Below, one piece after another: positions 58,384 through 64,000 of a DNA stretch of 64,000 bases. The position numbers and the translations under genes were made by a program. Origin of the DNA: Bryobacterales bacterium. GTDB lineage: Bacteria > Acidobacteriota > Terriglobia > Bryobacterales > UBA6623. Below the pieces are notes generated by a model, which worked only from the letters and a program-made list of their open reading frames with translations, was not told the DNA's origin and made no database searches. The stretch is taken from the NCBI GenBank assembly GCA_963422375.2, contig OY729427.2, positions 288,001-352,000 on the forward strand, given 5' to 3'. Each line of letters opens with the position of its first letter. Position 1 is the first letter of the stretch.

Positions 58384-59526
58384 CTACAGCCGGAGGACGA
58401 GCGCCGCGAACAGAGCCGCCCGGTCGGCGATGCGGTCCGCGAGGATGCTCTCGTGCATGGCGTGGGCGCCCTCGCCAACCGCCCCGAGCCCGTCCAAGGT
58501 CGGAATGCCCATGGCATTGGTGGTATTGCCGTCCGATCCGCCCCCGACCGAGGCCTCCCCGAGACTCACCCCCATCCGCTCGGACAGCGACTTCGCGACC
58601 TCGAACAGCCCGGCCACGTCGTCGGTCCGCTCCAGGGGCATCTTGCGCGTCCCGCCGCTGACATGGATCGAGCAGCGCGCATCGACCGGCCGAACCGACC
58701 GGAAACGGCGCTCCATCTCCTCGGCCTGAAGCCGCGTGCGGAAGCGCACGTCGACATCGACCCACGCCTCTTCCGCGACCGTGTTCGTGGCCGTGCCGCC
58801 CCGCACGACACCCGGGTTGACCGTCGTCCCCGCCGGCAGATCCGTCCACGAGGCGATGCGACGGATCTGCTCTGCCAGTTCCACGACGGCGCTCGCTCCG
58901 GTCTCGAAGTCCAGGCCCGCGTGAGAGGACCGACCCCGAACGCAGACGCGGTAGGTCGCGCCGCCCTTGCGGGCGGTCTTCAGGCTGCCTTCCAAGCCCG
59001 CGCTCGGCTCGGCGACGAGCACGGCCGCGCTCCCGGCCGCCTCGGCCCGGGTCAAGGGAGTGGACGTGGGGCTGCCGATCTCCTCGTCGGAGTTCAGCTG
59101 CACGACGTACCGGCGCCTCGCTTCGAGCCCGAGGTCGCGGATGGCCCGTGCGGCGAAGAGCATGTAGGCGATCCCCGCCTTCATGTCGAACACGCCCGGC
59201 CCCCACAGGCGGCCGCCCTCCTCGCGCCACGGCATGCGCTCCAGCGTGCCGACCGGCCAGACGGTGTCTAGATGCCCCAGGCCGAGCAGCTGGCCCTCGC
59301 CCTTGGTGGGAATGTCGAACTCAAGACGCAAGTGGTCCCCGAACTCGGCCTGGGCGTGACGGGTCGCTGCAGCGTACCCGGCGCAGGCGGCGGCAACCGC
59401 GTCGGCCATTCGATCCGCGCCGAGCTTGTGGCGGGTCGGGGACTCGATCTCGACCAGCGTCCGAACCAAGTCGACAATGGCGGGCCGACGCTCCCGCATG
59501 TAGTCGAGAATCCGCTCAACCGGCAC
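58384..59526 (-). CDS. M20 metallopeptidase (glutamate carboxypeptidase G2-like)
   Basis: GHLDTVW, GPGVFDMKAG, SDEEIGS, AEP, SSHAG, GGSDG, GAHA. Confidence 0.93.
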   Translation of the reverse strand: MPVERILDYMRERRPAIVDLVRTLVEIESPTRHKLGADRMADAVAAACAGYAAATRHAQAEFGDHLRLEFDIPTKGEGQLLGLGHLDTVWPVGTLERMPWREEGGRLWGPGVFDMKAGIAYMLFAARAIRDLGLEARRRYVVQLNSDEEIGSPTSTPLTRAEAAGSAAVLVAEPSAGLEGSLKTARKGGATYRVCVRGRSSHAGLDFETGASAVVELAEQIRRIASWTDLPAGTTVNPGVVRGGTATNTVAEEAWVDVDVRFRTRLQAEEMERRFRSVRPVDARCSIHVSGGTRKMPLERTDDVAGLFEVAKSLSERMGVSLGEASVGGGSDGNTTNAMGIPTLDGLGAVGEGAHAMHESILADRIADRAALFAALVLRL

Positions 59527-59565
59527 AACCGCCTCCCCCGGGCCCCGCCGTCGCGGGGCCGTCTC

Positions 59566-60126
59566 CTAATCGGCAACGATCACGGCGCGTCCGGGCTCGA
59601 GGCGGATCTCGCGCACGCCGGGCTCGAGGCTGGCTTTCCCGCCGAGCAGGTAGGGTCGCAGCGACTCCGGCGCCAAGATCTCGAGAAACAGCTCCAACGT
59701 GGAGCCCTCGAGCTGCAGGCTCTCGACGGTCATCGAGACGAGCCTCGCAGTGGCGTATCCGTCGCGCGCTTCGTAGTCGAAGTCCACGGTGATCGACCGG
59801 CTCCCGCGCATCAGCAGGCGCATCAGCGCGGGGATGCTTTCCAACGACGCGCCGGCCTTCTCGAGATCCACCCGGGCGCGCACTACCGCCCCGCCTTGAC
59901 GGAACGCCACTTCCGGGTCCTCGACACCCTCTGGAACCTGGTCGGCGGCATGGAAGCGCAGGAACGCGTTCATCTCGTCCTGCAGGAGCTCGACCGAGGC
60001 GCCGCTCTCGAGAGACCCGTCCGCGATGCGCTGGAACTTCTCCGCGGCCGCGAGGGACGCCTCGCGGTCTACCGCGGCCGCCAGCGCCAGCGGCAGGGCG
60101 CAGAGCGCGAGCATCCGGACACTCAT
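59566..60126 (-). CDS. Exported hypothetical protein
   Basis: Signal peptide MSVRMLALCALPLALAA; ATGA overlap with the rnc stop. Confidence 0.75.
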   Translation of the reverse strand: MSVRMLALCALPLALAAAVDREASLAAAEKFQRIADGSLESGASVELLQDEMNAFLRFHAADQVPEGVEDPEVAFRQGGAVVRARVDLEKAGASLESIPALMRLLMRGSRSITVDFDYEARDGYATARLVSMTVESLQLEGSTLELFLEILAPESLRPYLLGGKASLEPGVREIRLEPGRAVIVAD

Positions 60127-60866
60127 CGGCAGGCCTCCCGAGCCTGCCCCGGCGGAAGCCCGCGGGCCCCGTCCGCGGCGGCCAGCTTCCGGAGAACCGC
60201 GGCCGCCGCCCGCTGCTCCGCGGTCTTCTTCCTGCTCGCGACGCCCACCGCGCTGACCGGCCCGCAGCGCGCCTCGATGCGGTACGTGCGGGAGTGCGAC
60301 GGCCCGTCCTCGGACACGACGGTGTACTCCGGCACGTCGAGGCCGCGCGACTGGAGCCATTCCTGCAGCTCGGTCTTGCCGCTCTGGCCGTCGGCGAGCG
60401 CCGCCGACGCCGGGCCCGGCGGGACCACGTGCCGCGCGACCGTCTCCGCCAAGACCGGCAGGCCTCCGTCCAGATAGACCGCCCCCAAGACCGCTTCCAA
60501 CGCGTCCGCCAGGATGCGGTCGCTGTCCCGCAGGCCCCTGTCGGAGCGTCCCAGGCGGAGGCAGGGGCCCATTCCGAGCGATCGGGCGACCGCGGCTAGG
60601 TGGGCGTTGTTGACGTACCGATCCCTGAGCCTGGTCAACTCGCCCTCGGACGCTTGCGGCAAGCGCCGGAACAGCAGCTCCCCGACCGCGAGACCGAGAC
60701 CCGCGTCGCCGAGGAATTCCAAGCGCTGGCACGCGGTGATCCCGAGGGTCCCGTGACCGCCCCCGTCGCCGCGAGCGGAGCCGTGCGTCAGCGCGGCCTG
60801 CAGCAGGCCGGGCGCCCGGAAGGCGTAGCCGAGACGTTCCGAAAACTCCCGGAGATCGCGCTGCAT
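60123..60866 (-). CDS. rnc: Ribonuclease III
   Basis: ALTHGS, QRLEFLGD, EGELT, LADALEAVLGAVYLDGG, dsRBD KTELQEWLQ...GPSH...KKTAEQRAA. Confidence 0.96.
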   Translation of the reverse strand: MQRDLREFSERLGYAFRAPGLLQAALTHGSARGDGGGHGTLGITACQRLEFLGDAGLGLAVGELLFRRLPQASEGELTRLRDRYVNNAHLAAVARSLGMGPCLRLGRSDRGLRDSDRILADALEAVLGAVYLDGGLPVLAETVARHVVPPGPASAALADGQSGKTELQEWLQSRGLDVPEYTVVSEDGPSHSRTYRIEARCGPVSAVGVASRKKTAEQRAAAAVLRKLAAADGARGLPPGQAREACR

Positions 60867-60908
60867 GGTCCCGGTCCCGCCGAATGCGGCCCGCCGCCTA
60901 GGAGAGCG

Positions 60909-61643
60909 CTAGAGGGAACTCTTGAGCTGCGCGCAAAGGTCGGCGCCTCCGATCTGCATGCCGCCCGCGGCCGTGCAGCGATCCGCCATGGCGGCCCCGT
61001 CCTCCTTCTTGCCCTGCTCGAACAGGGCCTTGGCGAGATTGAACATCGTGAACGCGACGGGCTGCGGGGACACTTCCAAGGCCTTGCGCAGCGCGCCTTC
61101 CGCGCCCGGAAAGTCCTTGCGCGCCAGCAGGACCAAGCCGACCGCCTCGTGGCACTGCGACATGAAATCCATCTTCGTCTGGAGCCATGCGTCTTCGTCC
61201 AGGTTCGGGTCCAGCTTCGGCAGCGTCGGAATGAGCGCCATGGCCTCCTTGGCGTAGTCCTCGGCCTTGCTAAGCTTCTCCTCCTTGTCGAGGTCGAACT
61301 CCTTGGTGCGATTGGGAATGGCGTTCGCCAGCGAGACCAGCGTCCCGACCTTCACGCCCGGGGTGGGATCGTTGGCGAGGGTCATGTCGCCGTAGAGCAG
61401 CATGCTCTCGAAATCGTTCAGCTCCGAATACGAGAGCATGGCCATGTAGCTGGCGAGTCCGATGGCTTCGCTCTTCGGATGCTTCGCGATGAAGTCCGAG
61501 CTCGCGCTGGCACGCACGTCGGCCGTGGCTGCGTTCTGAATCGCCATGAAGGCGTCCATCTCTTCCTGCGACTGGAACTGGGGCGCCTGTGCGAGCAGGG
61601 TCCCAGCGCAAGCCAATGCCAGGATCAGGATTCGTTTCGTCAT
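60909..61643 (-). CDS. Exported TPR-like helical protein
   Basis: Signal peptide, all-helical, TPR-like C-terminus; GGAGG RBS. Confidence 0.8.
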   Translation of the reverse strand: MTKRILILALACAGTLLAQAPQFQSQEEMDAFMAIQNAATADVRASASSDFIAKHPKSEAIGLASYMAMLSYSELNDFESMLLYGDMTLANDPTPGVKVGTLVSLANAIPNRTKEFDLDKEEKLSKAEDYAKEAMALIPTLPKLDPNLDEDAWLQTKMDFMSQCHEAVGLVLLARKDFPGAEGALRKALEVSPQPVAFTMFNLAKALFEQGKKEDGAAMADRCTAAGGMQIGGADLCAQLKSSL

Positions 61644-61772
61644 GGTGCTTCCTCCGAGCAGCCGCTCGACCCCGGCAGCCGCGCCGATTTCAGTTTAGCG
61701 CTTGCCGACGGCCCGCCCGCCCGCCGGTCCGGGCGACGCCCGCGCCCGGACCGGGCAACCGCCGCGCTCGCC

Positions 61773-61778
61773 TATAAT
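61773..61778 (+). promoter_or_regulatory. Candidate -10 box for uvrA
   Basis: TATAAT about 60 nt upstream of the GTG; no clear -35. Confidence 0.45.
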
Positions 61779-61837
61779 GGAAGGGTCCCGGGGGGCCATA
61801 GGCGCGCGGGACATTCCCGCCATCGCCCTCCCGCCCC

Positions 61838-64000
61838 GTGCCTGAGGACTATCTCGAGATCCGCGGCGCCAGGGTCCATAACCTGAAGGGCATCGACCTG
61901 CGCCTGCCCCACAACCAGCTGGTGGTTGTGACCGGGGTGTCGGGCTCGGGCAAGTCGTCCCTGGCATTCGACCTCATCTTCGCGGAAGGCCGGCGGCGGT
62001 ACGTCGAGTCGCTCTCTTCCTATGCGCGGCAGTTCCTCGAGCGCATGGAGCGGCCCGACGTTGACGAGGTGCGCGGCATCGCGCCGACCGTGGCCATCCG
62101 CCAGAGGAACATGACCAAGAACCCCCGCTCGACGGTCGGCACGGTCACCGAGATCCACGACTACCTGCGACTGCTGTTCGCCCGCGTCGGGCGGAGCCAA
62201 TGCGTGGACTGCGGGGCCCCGGTGCGGAGCGACAGCGTGGACCTCGTGGTCGAGGAGGTGCTGGCGCTCGAGAAGGGCTCGCGCTGGTACGTGCTATTCC
62301 CGGTGCGCGATAAGGACATCGCCTCGGAGGCCTACTACGGCGACGCACGCTACCGCCAGTACGCGACGATGCTCCAGGCCCGGCTCGCGCAACTGCGCGA
62401 CCGCGGCTACAACAGGCTGTTCCAGGAAGGCAAGACGGTCGGCTTCTCCGAGCCCGAGTCCCTGCTGGACATCGACTTCAAGCGGACCGCCTACGTGCTG
62501 GTCGACCGCATCGCGGTCGCGCCGGACATCCGCGAGCGCGTGGCCGAAGCCGTCGAGAAGGCCTACGGAGAATGCCGCGAGGTCCGCTTCGAGCGCGCCG
62601 CGCGCCCGCGCGAGAGCTTCCAGTTCAGCAGCGAGCACCGGTGCCGCGAGTGCAGCCGGCGCCACTGGCGCCCCGAGCCGGAAATGTTCAGCTACAACAC
62701 GCTCCAAGGGAGCTGCAAGACCTGCTTCGGACGCGGCTCCGTTCCCGAGTACTCGATGGAGCGCATCGTCAGCCGACCGGACCTGTCCCTGCAGGACGGA
62801 GCGGTGCAGGCCTGGCAGCGGAAGTACGCGGCGTACCAGCGGCGGATGCTCAAGGTGGCCCTCAAGGACGGCATACCGGTCGACGTCCCCTATCGCGATC
62901 TCAGCCCCGAGCACCGCAGGACCATCGAGGAGGGTCGCAAGAACTACGGCGGCATACGAGGCTTCCTGAAGGCCTTGGAGAGCGACAAGTGGAAGCCGCA
63001 TGTCGCCGGCCTGCTGGCGCGCTGGCGCGACCTGGTGAAATGCCCCGAGTGCGAGGGCACGCGGTTCGCCAAGGAGGTGCTGAACATCCGTGTCGGCGGG
63101 CAGTCGATCGCGCGCGTCCTCGAGCGGTCCCTAGCCGCCGCGCTCGACTTCTTCGAGGGCCTCTCCTTCGAGGGAGCCGACGCGGAGATCGCAAGGAACC
63201 TGCTGGTCGAGATCCGGAACCGGCTGCGGTACCTCAACGACGTCGGGCTGGAATACCTGACGCTCGACAGACCGGCCGTCACCCTGTCCGGCGGCGAGGC
63301 CCAGCGGATCCAACTCGCCAGCTCCCTCGGGGCGCGCCTTGTCGGGGTCTGCTACGTGCTGGACGAGCCGTCGATCGGACTGCACTCGCGCGACACGCGC
63401 AAGCTGATCCGGGTCCTGCAGGAGCTGCGCGATCTCGGGAACACGGTCTTCGTGGTCGAGCACGACAGGGAAATGATGCGGGCCGCGGACCATCTGGTTG
63501 ATCTCGGGCCCGCCGCGGGCGAGCACGGCGGCGAGGTGGTATTCAGCGGGCCGGCCGAGAGAATCCTAGGACACGAGTCATCGCTGACCGGCCGGTACCT
63601 CGCCGGAAGGGCCGCCATCAGGGTGCCAACGCAGCGCAGGCAGGCGGCGCCGGGCCAGTGGCTGCGATTCGAGGGCGCTAGGAAACACAACTTGCGGTCC
63701 GTCGACTTCTCGGTCCCCCTCGGGCTGCTGACGGCCGTGACGGGGGTCTCGGGATCCGGCAAGTCGACGCTGATGCACGGGGTCGTCCTGCACGCCTTCC
63801 ACCCGACCAGCCAGCCGACACCCGGGCGGGAGGAGGATCCGGTCTGCCGCGAGATGACCGGGACGGAGTGCATCCGCAAGGCGATTCTGATCGACCAGAG
63901 ACTGACGGAACGCACCTCCCGCTCGGTGCCGGCGACCTACATGGGCATTTTCAACGAGATCCGGAAGCTCTTCGCGAGCACGACGCAAGCCAAGCGCCGG
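61838..64000 (+). CDS. uvrA: Excinuclease ABC subunit A (3' end outside the window)
   Basis: Absent from the ORF track because there is no stop. IRGARVHNLK, GVSGSGKSSLAFD, YVESLSSYARQF, LSGGEAQRIQLA, LDEPSIGLH, second Walker A GVSGSGKS. Confidence 0.96.
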   Translation, partial: MPEDYLEIRGARVHNLKGIDLRLPHNQLVVVTGVSGSGKSSLAFDLIFAEGRRRYVESLSSYARQFLERMERPDVDEVRGIAPTVAIRQRNMTKNPRSTVGTVTEIHDYLRLLFARVGRSQCVDCGAPVRSDSVDLVVEEVLALEKGSRWYVLFPVRDKDIASEAYYGDARYRQYATMLQARLAQLRDRGYNRLFQEGKTVGFSEPESLLDIDFKRTAYVLVDRIAVAPDIRERVAEAVEKAYGECREVRFERAARPRESFQFSSEHRCRECSRRHWRPEPEMFSYNTLQGSCKTCFGRGSVPEYSMERIVSRPDLSLQDGAVQAWQRKYAAYQRRMLKVALKDGIPVDVPYRDLSPEHRRTIEEGRKNYGGIRGFLKALESDKWKPHVAGLLARWRDLVKCPECEGTRFAKEVLNIRVGGQSIARVLERSLAAALDFFEGLSFEGADAEIARNLLVEIRNRLRYLNDVGLEYLTLDRPAVTLSGGEAQRIQLASSLGARLVGVCYVLDEPSIGLHSRDTRKLIRVLQELRDLGNTVFVVEHDREMMRAADHLVDLGPAAGEHGGEVVFSGPAERILGHESSLTGRYLAGRAAIRVPTQRRQAAPGQWLRFEGARKHNLRSVDFSVPLGLLTAVTGVSGSGKSTLMHGVVLHAFHPTSQPTPGREEDPVCREMTGTECIRKAILIDQRLTERTSRSVPATYMGIFNEIRKLFASTTQAKRR

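Noticed and set aside
61644..61837. LexA box upstream of uvrA
   Set aside because: No GTTC-N7-GTTC, CTGT-N8-ACAG or GAAC-N4-GTTC pattern was seen.

Overview
High-GC (about 70%) bacterial chromosomal window. The gene content (Oar-type TonB receptor, CRTAC1/FG-GAP and TPR proteins, DUF1501-PSD1 module, three sulfatases, Sel1 repeats) suggests Acidobacteriota (Bryobacterales-like), possibly a marine host-associated lineage; this is inference only. Most of the window encodes exported glycan- and sulfate-processing proteins. There are several decaying accessory patches: two related TnpB-type elements, an IS1595 remnant inside a broken AAA-ATPase/PD-(D/E)XK gene near an intact low-GC paralogue, a frameshifted DUF932 gene, pseudogenes beside tRNA-Val(GAC), and a Sel1 pseudogene with an exact 341-bp tandem duplication. 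The right end holds rnc and uvrA. Best leads: (1) a six-TM STEAP-like heme-b reductase head-to-head with an Nramp-fold transporter; (2) two degenerate TnpB elements whose predicted right ends lie 12-13 nt upstream of host start codons, one of them frame-intact but lacking two RuvC catalytic residues; (3) an all-Tat TIM-barrel/Gfo-Idh-MocA operon and a Sec-signal NAD dehydrogenase; (4) a YHYH/His-motif pair hidden in an apparent fusion ORF. No CRISPR array or rRNA was seen. All family assignments come from motif recognition, not database searches.
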